DNA of 64,000 nt from Candidatus Buchananbacteria bacterium CG10_big_fil_rev_8_21_14_0_10_33_19 (lineage in GTDB: Bacteria; Patescibacteriota; Patescibacteriia; 2-01-FULL-39-33): positions 161,570 to 225,569 of the forward strand of contig PEZY01000012.1 in the NCBI GenBank assembly GCA_002773855.1. The letters run 5' to 3'. Both the position numbers and the translations under genes were made by a program. Positions within the stretch are counted from its first letter, which is position 1, and each line of letters opens with the position of its first letter. This document shows positions 39,740-49,520 of this stretch, piece after piece. Below the pieces are notes generated by a model. It did no database searches and was not told where the DNA came from. It saw only the letters and a program-made list of their open reading frames with translations.

Positions 39740-40855
39740 TTATAAATTATAATATTTAATATAACTATCTATAGTTTTATTCCAGGTAAAAGTGTTGGCA
39801 AATGATTTGGCTTTTTCTCCCATGGTTTTTCTAAGAGATTCATTGGATATTAAGTAGTTAATTTTTTGAGCTAGTAATTCAATGTTGTTTTGAACAATTA
39901 AATACCCAGTTTGACCGTCAACAATAGCGTCTTCAGCGCCACAATTACTAGAACCGATTGACGGTACACCAAATAGACCAGCTTCGATATAAACCAAACC
40001 AAAACCCTCGTAGTGTTTATTGTCATTAATTGATGAGAGTATTAGTAACTTGGCTTTGGTATATAGAGCTTTTAGATTGTTATCACTGATACCAGATAAG
40101 AATATAATTTTGTCAGACACAGAATGTTTATCGGCTAATTCTTTTAATTCATTGAAATAGTTAGAATTAAATTGATAGCCAACAATAACATAATACAAAT
40201 CCTGGTGGTCTTTGGCTACTTTGGCAAAAGCTGGGATAGATATGTGGTAGCCTTTTCTGGGTTTTAAATCGCCAACACTCAATATAAAATTATATGGAAT
40301 ATCATCGTTGTTTGCTGGTGACGTTTTTAAATCTAAAATATCATGATTGACTCCCATATAAACAACTTCAATATTTGATAAATTAATTTTTGATTTTAAT
40401 TTATCAGCTGTAAATTCACTAATAGAAAAAATTTTCTTAGCCTTGGTGTAGGCTTTTTTTAGTAACCAACCAAAATATATATTGTCGAGGGGGGTAGTAG
40501 TATAAGTGCCAATAGCGGTGATATAAAATTTTTGTTTTCTTCTACCGAGCGATGCTAAATAGGCAATGATGCTATACGGATAACCGTCTAGGGCGTGAAT
40601 TATTTCGCAGTTTTTAGAAATTTTTCTAATATATAAAACATTAGGTATTATGTTTTTTATAAAAGATAGATTGCTATCGATTTTTTTAAATCTGAATTCA
40701 CTAGATTCATCATCAGTAATCACTGTTACATTAATTGATGGTCTAGTTTTTAATTCTTTGTAGACTTCAAGAGAATACCTGGCCCAACCGCCATAGCCCT
40801 CTTTAATAGATGAAGTTAAAATACAAATATTCATGTTCTTATTGTCCTCGACCAT
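39740..40855 (-). CDS. Glycosyltransferase family 4
   Basis: GYGGWARY, SVGDLKPRKG, EGFGLVYIEA. Confidence 0.9.
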   Translation of the reverse strand: MVEDNKNMNICILTSSIKEGYGGWARYSLEVYKELKTRPSINVTVITDDESSEFRFKKIDSNLSFIKNIIPNVLYIRKISKNCEIIHALDGYPYSIIAYLASLGRRKQKFYITAIGTYTTTPLDNIYFGWLLKKAYTKAKKIFSISEFTADKLKSKINLSNIEVVYMGVNHDILDLKTSPANNDDIPYNFILSVGDLKPRKGYHISIPAFAKVAKDHQDLYYVIVGYQFNSNYFNELKELADKHSVSDKIIFLSGISDNNLKALYTKAKLLILSSINDNKHYEGFGLVYIEAGLFGVPSIGSSNCGAEDAIVDGQTGYLIVQNNIELLAQKINYLISNESLRKTMGEKAKSFANTFTWNKTIDSYIKYYNL

Positions 40856-42173
40856 TAACTACAACTTTAATTGTTTTGAGTATAATGCTTAGATCTAATA
40901 TTAGAGATCTATTTTTTATATAGTATAAATCGTATTTTAATTTTTCTAGTGACTCTTCTTTAGAGCCACCATAAGCTGGTCCATATAATTGAGCCCAGCC
41001 AACTAAGCCCGGTTTGACTAGTAAACGTTCTTTATAGAAGGGTATTTCTTTTTCTAAAATTTCTACAAATTCTGGTCGCTCTGGTCTGGGACCGACAAAA
41101 CTCATTTCTCCTTTGAGTACGTTTATTAATTGTGGTATTTCATCAATCCTAGTCTTCCTCATAAATAATCCAAATTTGGTAACACGTTTGTCATTTTTTT
41201 GAGCCCACTCGGCACCATTTTTTTCAGCATTATCTATCATTGATCTAAATTTCATAGCAGTAAATGTCTTGCCGTTCTTGCTAGTCCTTATTTGTTTAAA
41301 AATAATGGGACCAGGACTTTCTAGTCGTATAATCAAAGAAACAATTGGAGTTATTATTAAAGCGAATAGAAGACCTGTTAAGGCTAAAATAATATCTAAT
41401 ATTCTTTTGGTGACTTCGTATAATTTTTTGGAATGTTCTGATAGATTCTCTAAAAACCAACTATGGTCTATATGCTCGACAGGTATTTTATTGGTAATTT
41501 GCTCATAGAAACTATTGATATTATAAACATCTATTTCTAATGATAGACAGTCAAATATTTTTCTAGATGTTGATTCGTCCTTTAGGCTAATAGCGCTAAC
41601 TAAAATATCGATATCTTTTTCTAAACAGAATGTATTCAAATCATCAGGTAGATTTTCTAAAACAGTAACTTGATAGCCAAGTTGTGGCCTTTTTTTGATT
41701 TGTTCTTCTAATTCCGTGCTTAATTTATTTCTTCCAATAATTAAGACTTTATTAGCAATAGCTGACGATTTTATGAATTTATAAAATATTTTACGCCAAG
41801 TAAATATAAGTATAGCTGCTACAATTAAATTTATGATTAATATTCTTTGAGGCTTTAGATTGGCGATGAAAGGTGATAGAAAATAAAATATAGTAACAGC
41901 AATAGCCCCATTGATGACAAATATTTTGGCTAGTGAGTTAAATAGAGATGAATTATTGTAACTAGTTTTTAGGTCATAGAGGTCATTAATAAAGAAAACA
42001 ATTATCCAGGTTAAAAAAACTACAGAAAACAATAATAAATGCCTTGACCAAGTTTCTTGTTCAATTAAATAGCCATATCTAATGATCAGTGTTAAGTATA
42101 GAGACAAGTAAAAAAAACCAATATCGCCTATTAGTAGGGTTATTTTTTTAGTTTTGGTGACAAAGCTGGACAT
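40839..42173 (-). CDS. Priming polyprenyl-phosphate sugar phosphotransferase (WbaP/WcaJ family)
   Basis: N-terminal TMs; KRILDI, KFRSM, DKRVTKFG.FMRKTRIDEIPQLINVLKGEMSFVGPRPERP, DLYYIKN. Confidence 0.93.
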   Translation of the reverse strand: MSSFVTKTKKITLLIGDIGFFYLSLYLTLIIRYGYLIEQETWSRHLLLFSVVFLTWIIVFFINDLYDLKTSYNNSSLFNSLAKIFVINGAIAVTIFYFLSPFIANLKPQRILIINLIVAAILIFTWRKIFYKFIKSSAIANKVLIIGRNKLSTELEEQIKKRPQLGYQVTVLENLPDDLNTFCLEKDIDILVSAISLKDESTSRKIFDCLSLEIDVYNINSFYEQITNKIPVEHIDHSWFLENLSEHSKKLYEVTKRILDIILALTGLLFALIITPIVSLIIRLESPGPIIFKQIRTSKNGKTFTAMKFRSMIDNAEKNGAEWAQKNDKRVTKFGLFMRKTRIDEIPQLINVLKGEMSFVGPRPERPEFVEILEKEIPFYKERLLVKPGLVGWAQLYGPAYGGSKEESLEKLKYDLYYIKNRSLILDLSIILKTIKVVVNGRGQ

Positions 42174-42187
42174 ATTTTTATGAGAAA

Positions 42188-42216
42188 ATTATACCATAAA
42201 ACTATATTTTTTTCAA
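42188..42216 (-). promoter_or_regulatory. Sigma70 promoter of the wbaP-like gene
   Basis: TTGAAA-17 nt-TATAAT with extended TG; -10 ends 14 nt before the ATG, implying a very short leader without SD. Confidence 0.7.
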
Positions 42217-42300
42217 GTCTATACTGGTGGTTGTAATTAACATTTTATTTCTATTAATTTAATTGTTTTGATATAATTACAAAATACTTAAAATGATTTA

Positions 42301-43998
42301 ATGTCTATAAATAACTTTAAAATAATTTTGGCTTTGACTGTCTTGGGGTTTTTAGTGTCAGTAAATTTGGCTTTTGCCTATGTGCCGTCAGATCCAATGT
42401 ATAATCTTCAAAGTGAATATTTAAATTATTTAAATATTCCTAAGGCTTGGGATATTGCTCGTGGTGAAAAAGTAGTGGTGGCTGTGTTGGATTCCGGAGT
42501 AGATATTAATAATCCTGATATTACTTTTAATATTTGGAAAAATCAGAGTGAGGTCGCTGGTGATAATATTGATAATGATCATAATGGTTATATTGATGAT
42601 GTTTCTGGTTGGGATTTTGTGGATCAAGATAATAATCCATCACCAGTAGTAGATGATGGTTATGACAAATCATCTCTTAACCATGGTACGGCTTTAGCGG
42701 GTATTATTGGTGCGGTAGCCAATAATGGCGTTGGCATTACCGGCATTGCTTTCAATTCTAAAATAATGCCGATTAGAATTTTGAAAAGTAATGGCGAAGG
42801 TTTTGTTGACAGTTTAGTTGAGGCTATGGATTATGCAGTTAAAAATGGTGCTGATATTATCAATTTAAGTTTAGTCGGCTTTGAAAAGAGTGCCGCCTTA
42901 GAAGATGCTATTTTGCGGGCACACAGAAATGGGGTGCTAATAGTGGCAGCTAGTGGCAACTCCGAATCAGGTAAAGAGGCTAGAGATCTTGATTTAGAGC
43001 CCGCCTACCCAGTTTGTTATGGTTTAGACTCCGATAATACAGTATTAGGTGTTGCTTCAATTGGCTTAACAGACGAAAAGTCAGTTTTTTCTAATTATGG
43101 GTCTACTTGTGTGGATGTATCAACTTTGGGAGAAAGATTGATTAGTTTGGCTTATTATAATCCTGGTCAAAATTTAAATGATTATTATTCTTATAACTGG
43201 TATGGCACCTCATTTTCAACGGCCATTGTTTCTGGTATGGCTGCTTTGATTAAATCAAAAAATTTATCTTTGGATGCTAGTGATATTATTAACATACTTG
43301 TAGACAATACCACTGACATTAATGATGTAAATAATCAATTTATAGATAAGCTTGGTAGTGGTAAAGTTAATATAATAGAATCATTAAACAATACATCTCA
43401 AACTATTGGTAAATTAATAAAATTAGATAATTCTAATTCTATTTATTATTTAGATCAAAGTCAGACGAGGCATTTATTTTCTAATCAAAACGTCTTCTTT
43501 AGTTGGTATAATGGTAATTGGAGTGATCAGGATATAGAAATCGTTTCTCAGTCTAAATTTGATACATTTACTGTTGGCAATAATATAGTGATTAGACCGG
43601 GTACCAAGTTAATAAAATTTCAAAATAGTGGTCGGATTTATGCGGTATCGGCTCCCAATGTTTTACATTATGTTGATAATGATGTGTTAAAAAAATTGTA
43701 TGGTGAAGATTATGCCTCTAGATTGGTTACTATGCAAAATTCTTTTGAAGCTGATTATTTTTATGGAGGTAAGTTAGATGGTAGTAGTTATCCAAGCAGT
43801 TCTTTGATTCAGTATAGTAATTCTGATACGATTTGGTATATTGATAACGAAAGTCAAAGAGAATTTTTGGACAATTCTTTCTCTTTGAATAGTTTTAGTG
43901 ATCAAGATGTTATTAGAAATGTTAGTTTAGATTTTTCTTATGAGGTGTCTTCACCAATTAAAAATTTAAATTCTAGTTTATTCCCTTATTTTAAATAG
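42301..43998 (+). CDS. Secreted S8 subtilisin-like serine peptidase with C-terminal repeat module
   Basis: Signal peptide (..AFA); triad motifs VAVLDSG, HGT, GTSFS; AASGN; DNDHNGYIDDVSGWDF insert. Confidence 0.92.
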   Translation: MSINNFKIILALTVLGFLVSVNLAFAYVPSDPMYNLQSEYLNYLNIPKAWDIARGEKVVVAVLDSGVDINNPDITFNIWKNQSEVAGDNIDNDHNGYIDDVSGWDFVDQDNNPSPVVDDGYDKSSLNHGTALAGIIGAVANNGVGITGIAFNSKIMPIRILKSNGEGFVDSLVEAMDYAVKNGADIINLSLVGFEKSAALEDAILRAHRNGVLIVAASGNSESGKEARDLDLEPAYPVCYGLDSDNTVLGVASIGLTDEKSVFSNYGSTCVDVSTLGERLISLAYYNPGQNLNDYYSYNWYGTSFSTAIVSGMAALIKSKNLSLDASDIINILVDNTTDINDVNNQFIDKLGSGKVNIIESLNNTSQTIGKLIKLDNSNSIYYLDQSQTRHLFSNQNVFFSWYNGNWSDQDIEIVSQSKFDTFTVGNNIVIRPGTKLIKFQNSGRIYAVSAPNVLHYVDNDVLKKLYGEDYASRLVTMQNSFEADYFYGGKLDGSSYPSSSLIQYSNSDTIWYIDNESQREFLDNSFSLNSFSDQDVIRNVSLDFSYEVSSPIKNLNSSLFPYFK

Positions 43999-44430
43999 AT
44001 GATTAATTTTTTTAGAAAGAAAGCTAATAGCTTTTATTTATTTAACAAATACCCGGTTACCAAGCAGTTTGTAAAATTTGCCTTGGTGGGTTCTAGTAAT
44101 ATGGTTGTTGATTTTGTGGTTTATTTATTTTTAACTAGAAATCTTCATATGTATTACATAGTGGCTGCAGTAATGTCGTTTGTGGTAGCTGTTACTTGGA
44201 GTTTTTTTCTAAATAGGAAGTGGACATTTAGTCATAATGGCAAAAATACTACTAGTCAATATATAAAGTTTTTTGCAGTTAATACGATAGTAATGGTATT
44301 AAACTTGTCATCTTTATTTATTTTAGTCGATTTATTTAATATCTATGATTTAGTGGCTAAGTTGATTGCGGCGGTATTCTTGGCAATATTAAACTTTTCT
44401 TTAAATAAGGTTTGGACATTTAGGAAATAA
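43999..44430 (+). CDS. GtrA-family 4-TM flippase
   Basis: QFVKFALVG, FFLNRKWTF, QYIKFF, NFSLNKVWTF. Confidence 0.9.
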   Translation: MINFFRKKANSFYLFNKYPVTKQFVKFALVGSSNMVVDFVVYLFLTRNLHMYYIVAAVMSFVVAVTWSFFLNRKWTFSHNGKNTTSQYIKFFAVNTIVMVLNLSSLFILVDLFNIYDLVAKLIAAVFLAILNFSLNKVWTFRK

Positions 44431-44446
44431 TCATTAAATTTTTTTA

Positions 44447-44475
44447 TTGACAAATTGTATAATATATGATATATG
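44447..44475 (+). promoter_or_regulatory. Sigma70-type promoter of the orphan gene
   Basis: TTGACA-14 nt-TG-a-TATATG. Confidence 0.5.
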
Positions 44476-44548
44476 TTAATTGTTAGCTGTACATTAATAT
44501 AGTCTTGAACATAGTGTTTGGGACAGTAAATACCAGAGGAGACTTCCA

Positions 44549-45007
44549 GTGTCTATGGATGAAAGTGTCGAAAGATTTTTTGATGAGTACAAATTTTTGA
44601 ATAGTTGCTTTAAATTGCATGGAATAGGTAGTGTAGAGATTTCTGATATACAGGTAAAAAAAATGGACAGATATGTGTTGTTTGAGTCCATACGTTATCA
44701 TGTACAGGTTTTTTTACTTGATAAACAGGGTCGGATACTCGAGTCAGTGGGAGTAAGTAGCGGCTTTTGGTCTAATATTCGTTATCGTTTATTCGGTCAT
44801 GGATGTCATACGACAGTTGCCAGACTTTTACGTGATTTGGGTGGTAAAGTAAATGATTTGGGTTATATTGTTCGTTTACAACCATATAGTGAAATGTATA
44901 CCACTATAAATGTGGTAGAGTTATATAAAATTCCTGATGATTTTAATTTTCGGGATATGATGGCTGAGATACAAAAAAACACCCGACTGGAAATGGAAAT
45001 TTGCTAA
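44549..45007 (+). CDS. Hypothetical protein (stand-alone)
   Basis: 152-aa ORF with SD GAGGAG (44536-44541), its own promoter and terminator; no recognisable motif. Confidence 0.6.
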   Translation: MSMDESVERFFDEYKFLNSCFKLHGIGSVEISDIQVKKMDRYVLFESIRYHVQVFLLDKQGRILESVGVSSGFWSNIRYRLFGHGCHTTVARLLRDLGGKVNDLGYIVRLQPYSEMYTTINVVELYKIPDDFNFRDMMAEIQKNTRLEMEIC

Positions 45008-45021
45008 AAATATGAAATTTT

Positions 45022-45049
45022 GAGGATCATAAAATGTGGTCCTCTTTTT
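45022..45049 (+). terminator. Intrinsic terminator
   Basis: gaggatcat/gtggtcctc stem (2 G-U pairs) followed by T5. Confidence 0.65.
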
Positions 45050-45205
45050 AATTCATATTTATTTATCAGTTGATAGTAGGTTGTCTTTTGAGTATCAATC
45101 ATATATACTGGTAGTGATACTGTTAGATAATCAATTATTAAGATTTAATGAAAATTTTATTTTTTTTGATTTTAATTTTAAACTTTATTAATTTTAATTA
45201 ATTTT

Positions 45206-46216
45206 ATGGCTGATCAAGCAATTTTTGACAAGAAAAATATACTTGTCGTTGGAGGGGCTGGTTTTGTTGGGTCTCATCTTTGTGATGAACTAGTAAAAGA
45301 GGCTAAAGTAATTTGTTTAGACAATTTTTTAACTGGTAGTGAATCAAATATCACTCATTTGCATCAAAATTCAAGTTTTGAGTTTATCAATCATGATATT
45401 AATACTTCTATTGAGTTAGAAACAAGGCCAGAGCTTAGAGATTTTAAAATTGAGTTTCAGGGTATTCAGGAAATTTATTTTTTGGCTACACCTGGATCAC
45501 CTAAATTTTATAGTGATTATTCCGTCGAGACTATGATGGTTAATTCATTGGGCTTGAATAATGCCTTGCAAATGGCTTTAAAATATAAAGCTAAGTTAAT
45601 TTATGCTTCTAGTCCAGCTGTTTATGGTGACATAGAAGATGGTCAAAGAGTTAAGGAGGATTATGTGGGTAGTGTTGACCAATTGGGACCTAGAGCGATT
45701 TATTCCGAAGCTAAAAGATTTGGCGAAACATTAGTAAACAACTATAGATTAAAATTTGATCTTGATACTAAGATAGTTAGAATTTTTAATTGCTATGGTC
45801 CGAATATGAAATTAGAGGACGGCAGAATGATTCCAGAATTAATTAAATCGGCTTTAAATAATAGAGACTTAGTAGTGTTTGGTCAAGCCGAAGATATTGG
45901 ATCATATCTATACATATCAGATTTAATTCAGGCTTTAGTTGGCACTATGAATGGTAGCGAATCAGGTCCTATTAATTTAGCTTCTGATGCTAAGTATAAA
46001 TTTTCAGAAATAGCCGATAAAATAATAGAATTAACAGAATCCAGATCAGTTATTACTTATCATGATAGAGAAAGCATAATGGCACCTCAATTTTTAGCCG
46101 ATATAACTTTAGCCAAAGAAAGTCTAGGCTGGTTTCCGATTACTTTATTGGATCAAGGACTTAAGAATACTATTGATTACTTAAGCGCTCAAAAGGGTAT
46201 ATTACAGCCAAAATAA
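45206..46216 (+). CDS. UDP-glucuronate decarboxylase (UXS)-like SDR
   Basis: VGGAGFVGSHLCDEL, CLDNFLTG, GPRAIYSEAKRFGE, RIFNCYGPNM..EDGR. Confidence 0.8.
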   Translation: MADQAIFDKKNILVVGGAGFVGSHLCDELVKEAKVICLDNFLTGSESNITHLHQNSSFEFINHDINTSIELETRPELRDFKIEFQGIQEIYFLATPGSPKFYSDYSVETMMVNSLGLNNALQMALKYKAKLIYASSPAVYGDIEDGQRVKEDYVGSVDQLGPRAIYSEAKRFGETLVNNYRLKFDLDTKIVRIFNCYGPNMKLEDGRMIPELIKSALNNRDLVVFGQAEDIGSYLYISDLIQALVGTMNGSESGPINLASDAKYKFSEIADKIIELTESRSVITYHDRESIMAPQFLADITLAKESLGWFPITLLDQGLKNTIDYLSAQKGILQPK

Positions 46217-46234
46217 ATTTTTAACTTTAAAATT

Positions 46235-46258
46235 ACCGTTCGTTTGAGCGGTTTTTTT
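46235..46258 (+). terminator. Intrinsic terminator
   Basis: accgttc/gagcggt stem followed by a T-tract. Confidence 0.65.
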
Positions 46259-46312
46259 ATTTGTATTTTGTGGTTTTACATGGCATAATTATAGGGAAAT
46301 AATATTAAGATA

Positions 46313-46975
46313 ATGAAAACTTTAGTTTTAATACCTGCCTATAATGAAGACAAAAAAATAGGTGATGTGGTTTCTGATGTTAAGTCCAAGGGGATTGATG
46401 TTTTGGTTGTTGATGATGGTTCAATGGATCAAACTAGTAGCATCTCTTTAAAAAAAGGAGCCATTGTTCTAAAGCATAAAATCAACAGAGGTCAGGGAGC
46501 GGCTATTGCAACTGGTATTGAATATGCTAAGCGAAATCATTATGAGGTAGTAGTTTTTTTTGACGCTGATGGTCAAATGAAATCAGAAGAGATTAGGAAA
46601 TTAATTGACCCAGTAATCAAAAATGAATCAGAAGTGGTTTTGGGTTCTAGGTTTTTGGGTTTAGCTAAAAATATACCAATTTCTAAATTATTAGTTTTAA
46701 AATTAGCCATACTGTTTACCAGATTAACTACCGGTTTAAAATTGACCGATACCCATAATGGTTTTCAGGCTTGGAGCATGCTGGCTTTAGATAAAATTAA
46801 CTTGACTCAGGATCGTCAAGCTTATGCTTCTGAGTTACTCCAAGAGATTTCTGAAAATAACATAAAATACAAAGAAGTGCCAGTTACTATTGAATATACC
46901 GATTATTCCAAACAAAAAGGACAAAGTATTTTTAATGCTATTAACATTGTTTTTAATTTATTAATTAAAAAATAA
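46313..46975 (+). CDS. GT2 glycosyltransferase (DPM-synthase-like)
   Basis: IPAYNE, VVDDGS.D, NRGQGAA, FDADGQ, GSRF, DTHNGF. Confidence 0.9.
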   Translation: MKTLVLIPAYNEDKKIGDVVSDVKSKGIDVLVVDDGSMDQTSSISLKKGAIVLKHKINRGQGAAIATGIEYAKRNHYEVVVFFDADGQMKSEEIRKLIDPVIKNESEVVLGSRFLGLAKNIPISKLLVLKLAILFTRLTTGLKLTDTHNGFQAWSMLALDKINLTQDRQAYASELLQEISENNIKYKEVPVTIEYTDYSKQKGQSIFNAINIVFNLLIKK

Positions 46976-46981
46976 ATAACT

Positions 46982-47323
46982 ATGCCAATTCAATTCATAT
47001 TAGTGATTTTAATTATTTTGGCAGTTTTAAGATTGCTTTATCAATTAAAAAATAAAAATATTGGCTTTAATCAGTTTTTTACTTGGCTAGTTATTTGGTT
47101 GGTGGCTATTGTAATTATTAGTCAACCAAAAATTACTACCTATTTAGCCACAATAGTTGGCATTGGTCGAGGTGTTGATTTGGCAATTTATGTTTCGATT
47201 ATTGTAATTTTTTATTTAATGTTTAGACTTTTACTGAGAATTGAAAAGATTGAAAAAGATATTACTAAAATTGTTAGGACTGATTCTTTGAAAAAAAATA
47301 ACGATCATGAAAATAAACACTAA
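46982..47323 (+). CDS. DUF2304 family membrane protein
   Basis: 3 TM, GIGRGVDL motif, C-terminal coiled coil IEKDITKIVR; follows a DPM-like GT2 as is usual. Confidence 0.85.
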   Translation: MPIQFILVILIILAVLRLLYQLKNKNIGFNQFFTWLVIWLVAIVIISQPKITTYLATIVGIGRGVDLAIYVSIIVIFYLMFRLLLRIEKIEKDITKIVRTDSLKKNNDHENKH

Positions 47324-48173
47324 ACCAATATTAGTCACCGGATCACATCGGAGTGGTAGTACTTGGGTTGGTCAAATGTTATCTTTACCTTATAATATAA
47401 AGTATGTATCTGAGCCATTTAACCCTAGTTACGGTCTGAGAAAGTTTAAATCATGGTTTGTTTATATTAATAGTAATAATGAAAACAATTATAGATCAGA
47501 AATAAATAAATTATTAAAGTTTAGAGGCAATTACCGTTTTAATTTACCAGCTTTGCGATATTGGTCTAATCTAGTGTGGCCGTTTAATAAGAGAGTGGTA
47601 GTTAAAGATCCGATTGCTTGTTTTTCTAGTCAGTGGTTGTCAGATAATTTTGATATGGAGGTGATTGTTTTGTTTCGTCATCCGGTGGCTTTTTACACAA
47701 GTCTCAAGAGATTGGATTGGCATTTTGATTTTGATAATTTTTTAAATCAGTCGGATTTGATGGCGGATCATTTGGGGTTATTTAGCGATTTGATCAAAAA
47801 AGACAATAAAAGTTATGCCGAAGAGGCGGCAATTTTATGGCTTTGTATTTATCACGTGTTAGATAAATATATTACTAGTCATCCAGATTGGATTGTTAAA
47901 AGGCATGAGGATATATCTACCGATCCGATTAAAGAATTTACAGAGATTTATAGTAAATTAAATTTACCGTTTACTAGTAAAGTGAATAAGAAAATTATTG
48001 AATATTCGTCTGGCAAAAACACCGAACCAACTAAAGTACTAGATTTAAAAAGAGATAGTAAAACAGTAGTCGATCAGTGGTCAAAGCACGCAAGCAGTGA
48101 AGAGATAAAAATAATTAAAAATATTACTGGCGACTTAGCCTTGAAATATTATCCAGAGGATAAATGGCATTAA
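47307..48173 (+). CDS. PAPS-dependent sulfotransferase family protein
   Basis: 5'-PSB loop VTGSHRSGSTW, EPFN, VKDP, RHP...S 3'-PB motif, RHEDI..DP. Confidence 0.82.
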   Translation: MKINTKPILVTGSHRSGSTWVGQMLSLPYNIKYVSEPFNPSYGLRKFKSWFVYINSNNENNYRSEINKLLKFRGNYRFNLPALRYWSNLVWPFNKRVVVKDPIACFSSQWLSDNFDMEVIVLFRHPVAFYTSLKRLDWHFDFDNFLNQSDLMADHLGLFSDLIKKDNKSYAEEAAILWLCIYHVLDKYITSHPDWIVKRHEDISTDPIKEFTEIYSKLNLPFTSKVNKKIIEYSSGKNTEPTKVLDLKRDSKTVVDQWSKHASSEEIKIIKNITGDLALKYYPEDKWH

Positions 48174-48174
48174 T

Positions 48175-49224
48175 ATGAATAAAAAAATTACTATAATTAT
48201 TGTTACTCATAATTCTCGGCATTATTTGCCAGACTGTTTTGATAGTTTAAAGCGTCAAGACTATCCAAATAATTTGGTTAAAATTGTGGTGATTGATAAT
48301 AATTCTACTGACAGTACTGTTGGTTACATAAAAGAAAAAATGCCAGCAGTTAAATTGATTACTAATCGGCAGAACATGGGTTTTGCTACGGCTAATAATC
48401 AGGGTTATTATTTGGCGAAGAAAAATAATTCTGATTATATTGTCTTATTAAATCAAGACACTATTGTCGAAAAAAATTGGCTATCTCACATGGTAAAAAT
48501 TGCTGAAAAAGATCAGCAGATAGCTGCGGTTCAGCCAAAATTATTACTACATCCAGATACTAATAAAATTAATAGTTTTGGTAATAGTGTGCATTATTTA
48601 GGTTTTGCTTTTTGTAATTATTATAAATGTAAGGATAATTTAGGGATTGCTGATTATTTTGATATTCCTTACCCATCAGGAGCGGCTGTTTTAATAAAAA
48701 TGTCAGCTTTAGAGCAGACTGGACTCTTTGATAATAAATTATTTATGTATCATGAAGATGTCGATTTGGGTTGGCGACTTAGACTAGCTGGTTATAGAGT
48801 TGTTTTGGATCCTCTCTCAGTTGTTTATCATAAGTATAGTTATAGTAAGGCCAAGTATAAATTTTATTATATGGATCGTAATCGATTTATTGTGTTGTTA
48901 CAAAATTATCGCTTGTTAACAATTTTGTTAATACTGCCAATGTTAATTTTTATGGAATTAGGCATATTATTTTTCTCCATAAAAAATGGTTGGTTCAAAG
49001 AAAAATTAAAGGGTTATGGCTGGATTATTTTACATTTACCATCAATTTTAATGGAGCGTATAAATGTTCAATTTAAAATTAGAAAAGTTAAAGACAGGGA
49101 AGTGATTAAATATTTTATTGGTGTTATTAAATTTCAAGAAATTGATAATCCTATTTTAAAATTTATAGTGAACCCACTGATGCAAATTTATTGGTTTGTA
49201 ATTAAGAGATTAATTTTTTGGTAA
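48175..49224 (+). CDS. GT2 glycosyltransferase (WbbL/rhamnosyltransferase-like)
   Basis: VIDNNSTD, NMGFATANNQG, LLNQD, SGAA, FMYHEDVDLGWR. Confidence 0.9.
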   Translation: MNKKITIIIVTHNSRHYLPDCFDSLKRQDYPNNLVKIVVIDNNSTDSTVGYIKEKMPAVKLITNRQNMGFATANNQGYYLAKKNNSDYIVLLNQDTIVEKNWLSHMVKIAEKDQQIAAVQPKLLLHPDTNKINSFGNSVHYLGFAFCNYYKCKDNLGIADYFDIPYPSGAAVLIKMSALEQTGLFDNKLFMYHEDVDLGWRLRLAGYRVVLDPLSVVYHKYSYSKAKYKFYYMDRNRFIVLLQNYRLLTILLILPMLIFMELGILFFSIKNGWFKEKLKGYGWIILHLPSILMERINVQFKIRKVKDREVIKYFIGVIKFQEIDNPILKFIVNPLMQIYWFVIKRLIFW

Positions 49225-49240
49225 TTTGATTAAATTACAT

Positions 49241-49451
49241 TGGTACTTTTTTAGAAAAAGTACCACAAAAATCGCGAGCGATGAGAAAATTCAGGTAAGG
49301 CTGTACCGAATCTACGCTAATTTCCGAACTCGCCATTTTCTTCTATTTGTATGTGTAGAAAATGTCTCAAACATGCGGAAATTTTATTTATAGACGATTC
49401 ATAAACGCTTGATTCGCTCCAGCCTTACAACAGAATTTTTCATATGCTCGC
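49241..49451. other. Highly structured intergenic element (candidate ncRNA or non-autonomous repeat)
   Basis: Hairpin tggtacttttt/aaaaagtacca plus nested long-range stems spanning 49274-49451. Confidence 0.55.
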
Positions 49452-49494
49452 ACTATTTATGAAGATGCTTTGAAGATATTACACAGATTATTTC

Positions 49495-49520
49495 AACTGG
49501 ATAGTAAATCCAGTTTTTTT
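49495..49520 (+). terminator. Intrinsic terminator
   Basis: aactggat/atccagtt stem followed by a T-tract, abutting the alr stop codon. Confidence 0.55.
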
